Below, piece after piece: positions 14,300-39,790 of a stretch of 64,000 nucleotides of DNA. The position numbers and the translations under genes were made by a program. Below the pieces are notes generated by a model, which saw nothing but the letters and a program-made list of their open reading frames with translations, did no database searches and was not told the origin of the DNA. Each line of letters opens with the position of its first letter. The first letter of the stretch is position 1. Source of the stretch: Phoronis australis (lineage: Eukaryota; Animalia; Phoronida); the NCBI GenBank assembly GCA_002633005.1, contig NMRA01000095.1:840401-904400 (forward strand), written 5' to 3'.

Positions 14300-14434
14300 C
14301 ATGGGCGGCGCACCATAGGGGGCTGGGGGCAATAGCCCGCATTTTTCAGTACTGCGATGCCCATCGTCTATAGGCGGTGCACCAGGCGGTTGGGGGGCTT
14401 TAGCCCCCACTTTTTCAGTGCTGCGCCGCCCACG
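14300..14434. mobile_element. GC-rich MITE family B (CATGGGCGGCGCA termini); other copies at ~7171-7325, ~21448-21593 and ~44443-44546
   Basis: Inverted termini CATGGGCGGCGCA ... TGCGCCGCCCACG and an internal TAGCCCCCACTTTTTCAGTG motif recur at four dispersed sites. Confidence 0.65.
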
Positions 14435-15387
14435 AGTTCGTCTAATTAAGCATAAGCCGGTTAGCCCCAATCTCGGTCAGTTAGTAGGACTATCTCTCTA
14501 AGCACAAATCAATTGCAACTTCTGTACGGACAGATCTAAGTACATTGTGGCCTCAACAGTTCTTCCTGGAGTATTCCATATACTAGACCAAAGACAGACT
14601 TGGGCAAGGATCTAATCTCCCAACTTAGACTTGACTGGAGACTCCAAACAGGGCGTTGGATTCAAAAACACATGCATAGGTTTACTTTAAGCGTGCCGTG
14701 CAAGTAGGCCAATTTTTGAGTAAAGCACTAAGATTAGTCGAAGATACTGATAATCTGATAAGTTGTGTTTTCACCTTATAGAAACACTGCATTGACAATA
14801 TCATTCTAAGGATAGAAACAAAAACAATAACAACAACAGCTACGTAATCAGCAAAAACTATCAACTGTAAGAATCATTCATAGCATCCAATCAAAACTGT
14901 TCAATATCGACACCTTTTAGTGTTCTTCAACATATTGCAGCATCCCATTTTTAATATACAACCCAAGGATTGCTACACAAATAGCATAAATGGCGCTGAA
15001 AGAAACACCAAAAACTGTCAACATTGATTGAATAAAGGTGGGCAACCCCATGGTGGTGATGATGAGGGGACCTCTTTTCATACATGTGGATCAAGAAAAA
15101 CCAAGTTATTGGTCACTAAAAGGGCACTTGTGTGATCAGGGTCCCACATCTCTACTTGAATATATACATTTTTAGAAGTACAGTACTAACCAAAATTATT
15201 CAGACAAAATGACCCGGAATTCCCCTTCATGACGTCTGGGCAGAAGCCGATATTCATCGTAGTCTCCCCTGAAGATCAAGAATGGAGGTGAATTTACAGG
15301 AAAGTAAGTAAGGTGGCTAAGTCATTCTGTAATTAGAATTTTGCCGTCACTGAATGAGCTCTCATGAAAGAAAGCAGTATTTTGTAT

Positions 15388-15537
15388 GATTACTTTTGTC
15401 TGGTACTATGTCCGATTACTTTTGCCTGGTACTATGTCTGATTACTTTTGCCTGGTACTATGTCTGATTACTTTTGTCTGGTTCCATGTCCGATTACTTT
15501 TGTACCGTACTATGTCTGATTACTTTTGTCTTGTACT
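15388..15537. repeat. 26-bp minisatellite, ~6 copies
   Basis: Unit GATTACTTTTGYCTGGTACTATGTCY. Confidence 0.9.
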
Positions 15538-16397
15538 GTAGGACCGTTGTTTCACAAGAGGCATCAAGTGATTGTAGAGTTTCTAACTGAGATGAACAAG
15601 AAAAATGAGGACTGTGCAGGTGTGCTGCCTGACTGTTAACTTAAAGGTGATCAACATCATAAACCCTTCAGGCTTCAAATAAAACAAACATCATTTTGGA
15701 AGTACAACTAGTTTCAACCTTACAGGGCTTCACATAAACCATTTTCTTTGATGCCCTCCTGTCTCAGGCATGTCATATAATTTGAATTTTCAACTACAGC
15801 TGTCTGGTGAACCTTTGCAGAATTGCTAACACAGGAGAAAATCAAAAAAAAAAAAACAAAAAAACAACAAAGATTACAGCCTAGTAAGAATATAACCACA
15901 AGGTGGAAAGATACAAAACTATTGACAGAATAACTTCCATTCTCCTTGCTTTGTTTCATATTTACAACTGTGATACCAGCAGGAACCAGCTTGATCCCTC
16001 CAAAGCACAGTATATAACACCACCAAAATGTTCATACAGTTTGGACATCCATCAAAGAGTTCATACAGTTCGCACTTCCATTAAAATGTTCATACTTCCA
16101 TTAAAATGTTTGCAGTTCGTACACTATGATAATGTTCATAGTGGTCAACACAATATTCACTCAGTGGTGCTCATGAAGAAAAGTTCCTTCATTAATCATA
16201 TGGACATGGTTCCACATAACCTGAAAGCATGCATGTTTATGCCCAGGACCATCGATTCACTACCGCCACCTAATGAATTTTGAGTACACTATAACCCACT
16301 GTGAAGGGCCCTCTTTTTACTCAGAGTAATTCAAAGCCATGTAATTCAAGACGTTGAGACTAAGAATGAATGATATCTTCATTTGGCCTTAATATCT

Positions 16398-19300
16398 TCA
16401 TTTGGCCTTAAGACACCTCTTAGCCATCTCCAAAGCTCCGTCATATGTTTTATTTCCACCGATGAAGCCGGAAGCATGAACAAATATACAGTCAGCGATG
16501 CCACTCAACTTGCTCAACTCTTCATCTCGCACTCCTCGCCATTCTTCCAATAGAGGGAGCCTGTGGAGAAAAACAGCCACATCTAAGTTAAGTGTAATCA
16601 CCAACCAAAAGCATTAAGCAAATTCAAGCGGCTCTAACCCTATTCATTAGTCATTTGAGCTCAAGGCATTGTTACAACAACCATTTGGGAGTCTTCTATC
16701 TTGGCACCACTAAATGCTGAAAAAGTCCAATACAATAAAAAAGCAGTACAGGCAACACAGCGGTTCATTTCATGAAAGTGACTTCGACTTCAGTCAGAAA
16801 TTTGATCACCCACTCCCACTTCAGAACTACAGAAAGAGATTTAGCCTTCTTCTTTATTTGTACACATGGCCATCGGCTCAAAGTACAACAAACAAACAAA
16901 CAAGATTATTGCAAACTCAAAAGATTTATCAACGTAGTTATGAGAGCATTATAGTCTAGAAATAATTGACAGAAATTATTATCCTAGTGGCTAACAGTGA
17001 TCGTGTACATTCTCAAAGACTCTGAACTTTTGATCCGGTCAGATTTAAATATACTTGTGAAATAGTTGTGTGGAGCGCAAGACCCAATTTCTAACTTAAG
17101 TCTTAAGTCACTTTTCGTGAAACACTCTCCGGGTCATTTATGTGCTGTATTATTTTCATCTTCAAAGAAACCACTGGTTCAATACCCCCACTAGAAATTA
17201 CGAGCTCCATAGCCTAACCTCATTACTCTCAGCGACTGTGTTAAATGTGGCGACTCACACAAGTGAATACTTGTGCATGACTCATTGCTTTGACCAGTTA
17301 AATGCTACGTCAGTGGTACAGCAACAACTGACTACATCATCAAAATTTAACACATTAGTGAAACATTGCAGAAGAATGTGAGGTCAATGATACATCTCAT
17401 CTCATTGTGACTCATCATTTCACCGTATCTGAAGGTAAGTTCTACTTGAACTCGGCCGTCACGTTGAGGAATTCTGCCTGCACTCCGTACTCATGACAAG
17501 AAATTCCAGGTCATTTGCTTGTCAGTTTTGACCTGCAGTGAACCTTATGATTTCATAATGTGAAAGTACAGGGGCCTAGCTGATGAAAAGTAACTTAAAG
17601 CTTTGTCATAAATGTTGCCTAATGCTCCTATTTCCTGTTGCCTAACAGAGCTAATTCAAAATTCAATAGTTTGCCCAACAAAGCTCAATACTATAACATA
17701 GAAATTAATCAATCGCGGCTATATTCTAAATTTCATAGTTTGTTGAAATGAGACTGAATTAATTCAGACAAAAAACCTTAGTGGAGCGCAAGACAAATTA
17801 TCTGACTTAGTATTGAAGTCAATTTTCACGAAAGAATCCCCAGACCAATATTTTCAATTGTCAAAAATGGTACCTGGTTTCAAATGAGCCTAGCCGCACT
17901 GGGACACAGTGCACCCTCCATTTGTTATGGGCATCTGTGTACAGGACGTATTTGATAACGCCTACCAAGTCCCTCTCCTCTTCAATGGTGAACAAGTGCT
18001 CCTTCCAGGGACAGCCCCCTTGCTCAAGCACAACAATTTCACCACTGTCATCGCTCTGCAAATGAAGGCCAAGAACAATTTGTAATGTGTCAGCTTTACT
18101 AGGCGTTATGGTCAAGATGTTGACAAAACCATGAAATGCAAACTTCATACCATAGAAAGTAAAGACAGAAAAGGACTGCAAGACATGGGCGAGATGAATG
18201 AAAAGTGCTATTCCAAGGTCAGTAGGTCGACATCAGCTCATAACAGAGGTTATCATACTTCATTTTATTCAGTCACAGCACAGAAATATCAGTGGTCAAA
18301 TAATGATATGAACTAAGTAAATGACAAGTTGATAAAATACAAGACTATTTCTGTTACTATTAGAACAATTTGGAAACAGTCTGAACATGAATGAAGTACT
18401 GGAACACACACTGGCCTTGAACTTCAGTTCAAACATTCAATGTCAATGCAATAATAGGCACTGAATTAGCAGAAGATACTTATTTGACGGAAATGTTAGA
18501 TTGCAAACTTGAGACAAGTGGTAATATATAAATTTCAGTCAGATGTATGACAGTACTTGTCGACAATCATAAATACAAACCGCCAGTCGCTTGTCAAACG
18601 CAATCTCCACCAAACTTCTAGCTGGTAACCAAGAGTCCATGTAGTAATCAACACGACCTTTGAACTCTGACCCCACCAGTTCCATCGCCTTATGAAAGCG
18701 ATCCTGAAACATAAAATAAACAACTGTTTTCAGTATCAGGCAAAGTCGTCTGAAACGCTGAATATAAAAAGATGGACTTTGCAGACAAGCAGAGCGGAGC
18801 ACAACAGAACCTAATTTACTATGACATTTCTTTCTCAATACACAGACGGAACTCAATTCTATATCTTCAGATTGTGTTTTCGGCAACCTGCTTGGACTCG
18901 TTGCAGTTTGAAATTTGTCATGACAAACTTGGTTTATCTGCGTTGAGTTTGACAAACACTTGCAATGAGCCTCAACTCCTAAGAAATCAGTCATTTTTTC
19001 TGCCAAACAGTTCATTTTGGATGTTTAGCAACAGTTCATTGCACTGATGAACAGGGACATTTGAAAATTTGAGCACGTCCATGATACGGATACCCAGTAG
19101 TAGCTAACACTGTAGACACATATTCAATGTACTATTACCAAAATGTGTGATATACCTTAATCTGAAGCTGTAATAAGCTAATATTTCTCATGTAATGCCA
19201 CAGCCTCATTTTAGATTAACATAAAGGTGATTATTTTCAGGTTATGGTGAGAACAATTTTGCTGAATATCTTTGAAAATGACATCGATTATTGGGACATT

Positions 19301-22300
19301 GAACACCGCAACTAAAACTTCTAGTCCCATAAACACAAACTTGAGGACTGACAATTCAGGTGTTTTTAAGGTCATCGTTGACGAGCATCCAAGCATGCCA
19401 TTTTGGTTGAATTCCAAGGTAGCCTTATAGAAAAGGCAATATAAACCGCGCATTTGACTGGAGATATTTGTCTCTTAATAAGATATAATTACACACTCAT
19501 GGTCTTTATATTCAGAAATTTTGGGCAGTCGGTGTTTAGGGCATTATCCACGTTCATAATATATGTTGAAACCACGATTACATCTTGCGTAACGCCCGTT
19601 CCATGTTCCGAAACTATTTCCCAGTTTCAGGGACATGTTCATTTGTTTTGCATATTGATTACCTACATTCATTATAGGATCAGACTGAGGCTGGTTCCAG
19701 CTAGGATTGAGATGTGAGACTCTACAGCTCAGTGTCGTTGAAACTTGATACCTGAAAATAACCAGAAGTAAACTAAGAAGCAAAACCTCCAATAGATGTC
19801 GCTGTGACAACGTCAAGCTGCATTTCGCCCCTTGAGCTGTAAATTATGTTGATTTTTGATTAGTTTTTTCTCACTTTCTTGCAAAGGTTGAATTCTCTGC
19901 CGAAGCCCTGTGGGGTTCAAAACATTACCACACTCGTACAATCTCAAAGAGGAAACTGGAAATTAAATTAGAGGAAATCGAAACCAAAACAGAGGAAATC
20001 CTCTTAAAAGAGGAAAATTCCAAACCTTGCTGAATGAGCCCCGCAACTCAAGCCACAGGCATTTTGTGCACGCGCCATTTTTGAATCCAGCCTGACCAAA
20101 CACAACAAACTCTAAAGAGTTTTCTTGAGTCGTTGATGGCTTTGGTGTTCTTTTGTTGGTAATGGAAATAGAATTCCTATCACAGCAAGGAATATGAGAC
20201 TCATTTCCGAGAGCAAAAGGCCTTATTTGATTTCAGTTTTAGTGAGACCTAAATAGGGCAAACTGCAGCTTGAACAAAATATATCACAGTCCTTAAATTT
20301 GCAGTTGCGATGAAGTTCTGTTATTGAAACAAGTTTTGTATTGCCGCACAGTTTACACTTTATCCACAAATACTGAGACTGAAATAAAATGCTGTTTCCT
20401 TTTAAAACGAACATAAAATCATAACTAGAAAGCTATGGCCATCTTAAATATTTCTACCCTCACTTCTCCGGGAAGCTAATGTTGCTTTTCATGACTGAGG
20501 TGCACTCAATCATATTACAGAAACACAAACTTCATTTTTACAATTGCAAAAAATATTTTCCGCAAAATAATAGATATGAAATGTTTGGAATGACGTGCAT
20601 ATATTACAGTCAGTCGCGTATAAGGAGACATAGTCTATTTTAATTTACACAGGATATTACTACATTGTTGCAACATACCTTGGTTCCCCATCCGTCTGTG
20701 AAATACCATTATCAATGGCATCAATCTCCTCCACGAAGTTCTCGTACATCTTGTTGTAAATAAGCTTCGTCACTGGATCATCCATAGGCTTATTGATGAG
20801 ATGGCTGATGACATCATGTCCGAAGTGAGCGTACACCAGACCAGCACTGCTCAGCTTGGTAACCCATTTGTTCCTTTTGTCAATGGAGTTCATAGTTTCT
20901 GTGAACAACCTTGAAAAGCAAGATAGCAATGCACTTATTATAATACACTCACATCTTAGTGAACAACTTTTTTCTTACAAAAACTGACAAATACAACCAG
21001 CCCAAAGAACTGTCACAATTTTTAAGTCATTAAAAACAATTGCATTTTTATATGTTACTTTCACAATGACTTTGACGAAATAAAACAATTTTTGGCATCC
21101 ATGCACTACTATGGCTACTGACAGGAACTAAGTCTAAAAAACCAACAGACATCAGACAATACACGCTACTGATAAAGGTCAGTTATTTCCCAGCGTGCGT
21201 GACCATCTGGCCAATAGCAAATAAGACATTGACAGGCAAACTTGGCTGTGGAAACGACATAGTCCCACTGCACACGCATCTAGCAAACAAAACAATTACA
21301 AAAAAATAAAATTACAATAAATTAGTATATACAGTTTTCATTCAAGCAAAAATATCATTTCTTTGTTATCTTTTGAGTTTATCAAAATTTGCAGATACTA
21401 ATAGCAGTTAATGTTTTGGAAATGGGTTTAATGCAGAGCCCCAACGCATGGGTGACGCAGCACTGAAAAAAGTGGGGGCTAAAGCCCCTACAGTCCCCCT
21501 GTGGTGCATCACCAATAGAGCATGTGTAGCCTAGCACTGAAAAAAGTGGGGGCTATAGCCCCCCCCCCAGCCCCCTATGGTGCGCCTCCCATGCAACATT
21601 AAACTGGGCTTTTCACAAAAGCATGAAATTATTAACAATACCAAATGAATATTAATATACTTTGTACTTGATGAACACAACATTTCAACCACAAATTCTA
21701 GTGTGAACCTTAAATTGCAAGTTTGAACTTAATATATAAAAAGTTCACCTCTGATGATGATCATATTTATGTTCTTTAGGATCATAAACTCCTCCAACAT
21801 CCACTACTATGTCGCAAGTCTCTAACACCGATGGATCTCGTGTTCTGAAATGTTGAAGAACGACAAGTATGTTAAATTATAAGCCATGCAAAACATATAA
21901 CATGTAATGATATTATTGTAAATTAGAACAAACACAAAACCTAAATTAAAGATTTTTAAAACTTTCAAAGGCTTGTAACAAATTTTAAAGACAACTTCCC
22001 TGTTCCACCACATTTACAACAAAACTAAGTTTTTTTTAATCATCATTTTTATATATGAATATGTAAATCTTAAACAGGTGTGGAAATATAGATCACAGAC
22101 ATTTTTAAGTCTGGTCTGCACGCCACCTGTTGGCCACATCTTGTACCCTAAAGAATGTTGGTATGAATATATTTCAGCACCAACCGTGCCCTGAACCCGG
22201 GAGCTTCTGGTAAACGTGCAAACACTCTGGTCTACTGAGCCACAGGGACCACCGGTCGAATACAGAAAGTCAATCAGACCTAGTAGTGGACATCTGCTCT

Positions 22301-24583
22301 GAGTGTATGTGAATATGTGCCCAACATCATGCTGGGCAAAAGACCACTGTAGTTGAAACTAAATGAGAGGTTTTTGTAACGATACGATAATTGTAATACT
22401 ACTTGAAGAGTACCACTTATAATCACTTTTTGCATGAACACAAATTCAGTGATACCAACATGAAAATCAATATACAAAGCAAATCGACAAGCAAATTACA
22501 AGAAAATCCACAACAATAGATCCACTGCCATTAATAATGTAAAATGCTTTAAGAAAATAAAATGCACCCACAATGCAATACTCAACGTACACACCTTACA
22601 ACATCTGCGCCTTTATACTGTGTCAGCTGTCTCAGCATGAAGCAGGCCAGCACTTCATCGCAATGAAATGTGCCGTTGTGTGTGCCAATTCGCTTGAGTA
22701 GGTGCTGCCTCTTGTGGTGGTCGCCGTGGGAATGACTCATGATGAGGCGATTGAAACTCGTAGACTTAACACTATCAAAACTTTGGGCTAGAACAGACAA
22801 ACGTTCACCAATGTATAAAGTCTGAATTTAAAGCAGTACAAAATTTCAAATTCCCTTTACCCGAGATGATATTCCCGATCTCCTTCTAAGCTTAATCACG
22901 CTTATCACCACCTCCACCTACCTTGTCTGTTACTGTCAATTGAGAGACGCAGTAAACACTATTTACAAGCTCTAGTACTTCCTGCCAACATAAAGGATTT
23001 CTCCACAAATACAACAGAATATTGACAACCTTTTTTGTCACCATTCAATTTATTTTTCTATTTAGTTCAAGGAAGAAAGGCACCTGAAGTTTTTAATGGC
23101 GTTAATTTTGCATCAGAATTTATTCCACTCTTACTGCACCAGGGTCGAGTTCAATAACGCCAGTACGTTGCTAGGAAAGCAAGACCTCACGAGGCATTGG
23201 TGTGTATTTTCAATGAGAGCATGTGATATTGACTAGATTTTTCTCATCGTGAGACAGCTATAGAACTCTACCCTGCATCATTCTTAAGCTGTATAGGTCT
23301 ATTTATACAGCTTTGTACAAAGGTTTCTATCCATGAACATAGCTAGCTAGCTAGCTGCGTATAACTGCAAGCAATCTGAATGAGATGCCAGCGTTGCTGA
23401 CCCACAATCATTACAAAAACCCCCAGTTTGGTTTCAACTCCAGATGGCAGTATTTTCCAACTCGAGATTAAATCAGGCATCAATCTAGTCTACTACATGT
23501 TAAATGTCTTTTGCCTGGCATCGATTCTAGCAGATTGATCTACTACGATTCCATGACAAGAATTGTACGATGAGACTTAGGTCACTTCAAAATCCAACTG
23601 CTGCCCGGTGGTTTGGTAATTGACCAGGTTACGTTGCACACCTAGCAGAATTAAGGGGGAACATATTATTGTAACATAAAACAAATGTTTTAGGTTGTAA
23701 GTCACATTTCTTGTCCAATTTTCAAAATCAAAACCTGATCACGTATGCTTTTCATGAACTATTCAAATGTGCAATTTACAAACTCTCAAAACAAAAATTT
23801 AATTAAATACTTTGTCACCCAATGTGTTTATGTCGGGTATCATTATCTAGAGAACAACAGCTTGTGCAGGTGATTTAATTAACCCCAACAGCATGGTGCT
23901 TGATCTGAAAAGACAGATTGTCAGGTGCGCAAACTGGTCGAGTTGCCCAATCTTGACCAGTTTGCGTGTCAACGTAGAATTCTTTTCATGTTCAAAGACA
24001 CAGCTATTTTGGCTGATCCTTATTTCATTGCTACCGCTAAAAGATGATTTTGACATGGGGGCTTATTGGCAATGATCAATGTGAATGTGATTATTTGAGT
24101 GGATTTGTCAAGTATTCTAAGCAAGCGGCCACGCGATCTTGACTTGAGATCTAATGAAATTCCAAGTTCAAGCACAGAAAACCATCATGATCCAAGAATC
24201 CTTGCGAAATGACTACCTAAGCCTACAAATGCGTGACGGAGGTTTCAAACACCTAAGAAATGATAACCTTTCCCTGCAAGCCTACTCAAACCACTACCGC
24301 TTTTCGAATCCACTCTTTAAACGCAGTTAAAATGGGTAGGTATCTGTCATGATTTAGTTTGCACCCTGGTCAGTAATTTTTATTGCTAGATATGTGCAAA
24401 CCCGTTCCCCCAGAGGTAATGCAAGATGGTCAAGATGAGTGGAGCTTTCCCCTTTAGACTAAGAGTGGCTACAGGTGGTATGACTCATACCTTAAAACTG
24501 AACTCATAAAAACTGTACCTCCAACAGAAAACAGTCGAAATTTGGACACTACCCGCGGTTTTAACAAAGCGTCTCAGCAGCAT
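16398..24583 (-). CDS. MYG1: MYG1 exonuclease (UPF0160). Exons 24583-24491, 22821-22595, 21844-21749, 20909-20679, 19751-19667, 18703-18581, 18055-17874, 16560-16398
   Basis: Motifs [91 protein letters not shown]. All eight exons join in phase with GT-AG. Exon 1 ([12 protein letters not shown]...) is less certain; an in-frame ATG at 22740 is an alternative start. Confidence 0.93.
23139..23275. mobile_element. Small MITE (CAGGGTCGAGTTC ... GAACTCTACCCTG); degenerate relative at ~24923-25039
   Basis: 13-bp inverted termini; shared GCTAG.AAAGCAAGAC and TGTATTTTCA.TGA motifs in both copies. Confidence 0.5.
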
Positions 24584-24707
24584 GTGCGAAGGTCAAGGTT
24601 ACGAGTCCAAAAATCCGCCAAAACACTTCCGGATACTCCGGACCAATAGAAATCCTCAGATAACCAAGATGGTGGACACCAATCTCGTTTATTGAAAATT
24701 TCCGATA
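24584..24707. promoter_or_regulatory. Putative bidirectional promoter between MYG1 (-) and JMJD7/ATG5 (+)
   Basis: 124 bp between divergent ATGs. Contains ETS/GABP-type ACTTCCGG (24625-24632), CCAAT (24643-24647) and YY1-like CAAGATGG (24665-24672), motifs typical of bidirectional housekeeping promoters. Confidence 0.65.
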
Positions 24708-36672
<11,965 letters not shown>

Positions 36673-36949
36673 TCAGAGAGGGCGCTAGTTGTGTGGAAGT
36701 CTCCCGTGACCAACTAAAACAGAACAGACGAAGAAATGAGAATGTCACCAACTGGGAAAGATTTAAAATTGCGGTTAAATGTGCCTCAATCTTGAACAAT
36801 AAATTTTAGGAAACGGGAATGTTTCCTGAAATTTAGGGAACATTTGGTGATTAAAAATGTGAAGTTATAGCGATTTCACTGATAAAAATGTTTTAATAAA
36901 TATAAAATATGGTATGAGATAGAAGTTTCACTTTTGTTCAAATGATTAG

Positions 36950-37300
36950 TGTAGTCCCAGTGTTGAGGCCATGTAGGACCAGGACGTCATGTCTCAGAAA
37001 TGGCTGAACGGTTGGTGTTAAACCTTCTGATACTGTGCTTAATGCACTGGTCCTTGTCACTAAATGTATTTCTAAGGATGTAATGGTGGTGCAACTGAGC
37101 AGATTTTTTGAAAGGAATCGAGAACATTTTTTATTGTGAAATATGGCCGAAACCATCCTGGAAACGCTTTGGACAATAACTAAGCTTAGAATGGAAATCT
37201 TGCGAACATATAGGCCTAGTTGAAGGGTAATATGAGCTATTGAGCGTACAATTAAAATAATTTTGATTGTGCTGTTATAAAACTGGCTGCCTTGAATACA
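36950..37300 (-). mobile_element. Possible decayed 3' fragment of an L2/CR1-type LINE ORF2
   Basis: Frameshifted pieces NSSYYPSTRPI, RKISILSL and LHHHYILRN resemble the C-terminal HTxPLFxxLxIL and HxYxTR motifs of L2/CR1. Weak, by eye only. Confidence 0.3.
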
Positions 37301-39371
37301 ATGTTTATATAAGAAACCAGTTAAAAGGATTCTAAACCCTGTTTTGATGATTTCAACCAGTACTTGTTCTGTCACCGGTTCTCACTCGCTATGCCACAGA
37401 TTGAACATTATGGTCCTTAGTTGACTGTTTTTTCCCACAGTTGCGGTGTAATTCGCTAAAAGCTTAGGTCACGCTTTCCCGTTTAGCAGACTTTGACAGG
37501 TGTTTTCAAATTTTCCTATAAACTTTGAAGGTTGTCGTGGGTTACAGGGCGTTATTTTGTTTCAGACTAGTGGATTCGGAAGTCGTTTTTAGTATCTGTC
37601 AAAACCGGGTTTAATATCTTTTTAATGTGAACAAAACAGACAACCGACATAGGCGTGGGGCCGGGGACAGTCGAGAAAAGAAAGACTGCAAAATACGGAT
37701 AAGACAGAAAATTCAAGAGAACATTTAACAAGTCTGCATCAGTGTATGATTTACCTTTTAAGGACCCTGTCTAGGACATTGTCTTTAGGGTCTCCGCTTT
37801 TGCAGCACAGGTCGTCTAAACGCACTTGAAAATGTGCACGAAATCAATCATACATATCTTTTGGAAAAATCGTGAAAATTTGTGAAGCTAAGCTTTTGCG
37901 GAGCGTACTAATTTACTGGATTTTCAAATTCAATAAGTCAATTTTGCGAATGCAAAACTATATTTTTCCAGATGCCCCTCTCTGACAAGGGATAACGGTG
38001 ACAACTTTCTCGAAACTATATATTTGAGAAAATTGATGACCTGACAGATTACATCAATTGCTGCGCATTTCCTGATATTTGAAATATTTTCATATTTAGG
38101 GCCCCGCCCTTGAAGGAGCTTATTGGTGACATTCAAGTGGCCATCCTTTTTGTGTTGTTATTGATAAACTCTTAAGAGGCCTCTCACGGAGATAGGGCCC
38201 AATGTTGGAACCGATTGCCTCTATTTTTCTATTTTTTGTGAAATCGTGCAACCGGCTTTCATGTTGAAGGTCACTACCTGCATCGTTTTGTGACGACACG
38301 ACGGTGGAATGAACTGTCATTCGTTTTCCAAGCTTAATGATGTTTGGCCTTTCGTCTTTTAAAAGGTGTCCCATTTCTGACGGTACCCTCTCTCGGTACA
38401 GGAGCAGTTCGGGGGAAATTTCCCTTTGTCCCTCTATACATGTAAATCCGACACTGCCAAGTATTCACGATGGAAGTTGAGATTCCAGTAGGATTGCCGC
38501 CATCGAAAGGGAGAAATTTTGAAGAACGTGAAGACCACTGTGAATTACACAAAAGGACTATTTCCGATGGTTAGTTATAAATCAATGTTACTGTTTCCCT
38601 TCGCATGAGAAGAATAGTAATCTGTTTTGAAGATGGTTACTATGAGTTGTTTGTAAGGAATTCCCACATGTGGAAAACACTGCTGACTAAGCTACTATTA
38701 GTGATGACCGTGTATGTGTCAAAAGGGGTACTCAAAAGAACTCTCGCAAGCAAAGATTTCAGCGTTTTTTGGGTCAGTAGAGTTCGAGTTTACTTTGTGG
38801 ACTGTTACAGGTACCCCTGAAATGAACAAAAATACACCTTAATATGAATGCCCCATCTCCCATATCCCCCGAAAATTTCTTATAACATTACGTTTTGATA
38901 AACAAATTCGTTGGTTTCTGATTTACTATATCTACGAAAATCGATAGATTCATAGATGATTTTGACAATTAGAAACTAATCTTGTAAGAATTGATGGTGT
39001 TTCAGTGAATTTAATTGCAGCCTGAAGTTGGAAAAACTCTATAATCCGATCCCCAAATAGTAAAGTACGCTTATAGACGATTTTTGCTTATCTAAAATAA
39101 CTCTCAGACATTGATGAAATTCGGATTCACAAACCGTAGATAGAAAAAAAGTTTTAAAAAACCTTAAACACAATGCGGGTTAATCACTGCTTCGAAGGTT
39201 CACTACTTCGCCAGAGTGGCCACAATTCCAACAGTTATTTTTTTCCTAAATATGAGCACAGCCCCAGAAATCGCTTTGGCACCCAGGTTTTCATTCGCAC
39301 CCTTGCAGTGCATCATTCAACAGTATGACAGAGCTCGGAGGCGACACCTGTGAGCAATCGGCTTGATTATC

Positions 39372-39445
39372 TGCCACTGAAGCCAGGATTCGAACTCCGG
39401 TCTCCCAAACAGAAGTCCCGCCCTTAAACCACTGAGACACACAGC
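39372..39445 (-). mobile_element. tRNA-derived SINE head
   Basis: Minus strand reads GTGTCTCAGTGGTTTAAGG...GGAGTTCGAATCC (A and B boxes); cloverleaf is degenerate. Confidence 0.5.
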
Positions 39446-39673
39446 ATTACTGTGATTGTCTGCTAATAAGTCGATCGTATACAAACAGACATGAATAAAG
39501 TATTGTATTTGTGTCCATTTTAGGGCGTGCAAAAGTTGAATGATTCTTAATTAATACCTCGATTATATTGTTTACCAATGAGCTCGGATCCAATCACTGT
39601 CAGTCCTGATTCTTGAATCTACCAACGATTTATGTTTTCAAGTAGGGACAAAATCTGGGGAAACGGTTGACTA

Positions 39674-39790
39674 TGCGCGCACACAGGGTGGGGGAGGGCT
39701 AGAACGAACCCCGAATTTGGCAAAGTGGGCAAAAAAGTCCGCCTCAGGAAACAAAAAGTCCGAGAAAACGAGATAAAAGTCCACATGAAC
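39674..39790 (+). repeat. Dispersed repeat family; copies also at ~55140-55255 (+) and ~62440-62540 (-, nested in the P-like element)
   Basis: Shared GAACGA..CCCC.ATTTGGC.AAGTGGG.AAAAAG.TCCGC...AAAAAGTCCGA.AAAA. Confidence 0.6.

Noticed and set aside
24669-24676. ATGGTGGA shared between the promoter-proximal uATG and the ATG5 start
   Set aside because: Only 8 bp with no extension; consistent with chance or a YY1/Kozak-like motif.
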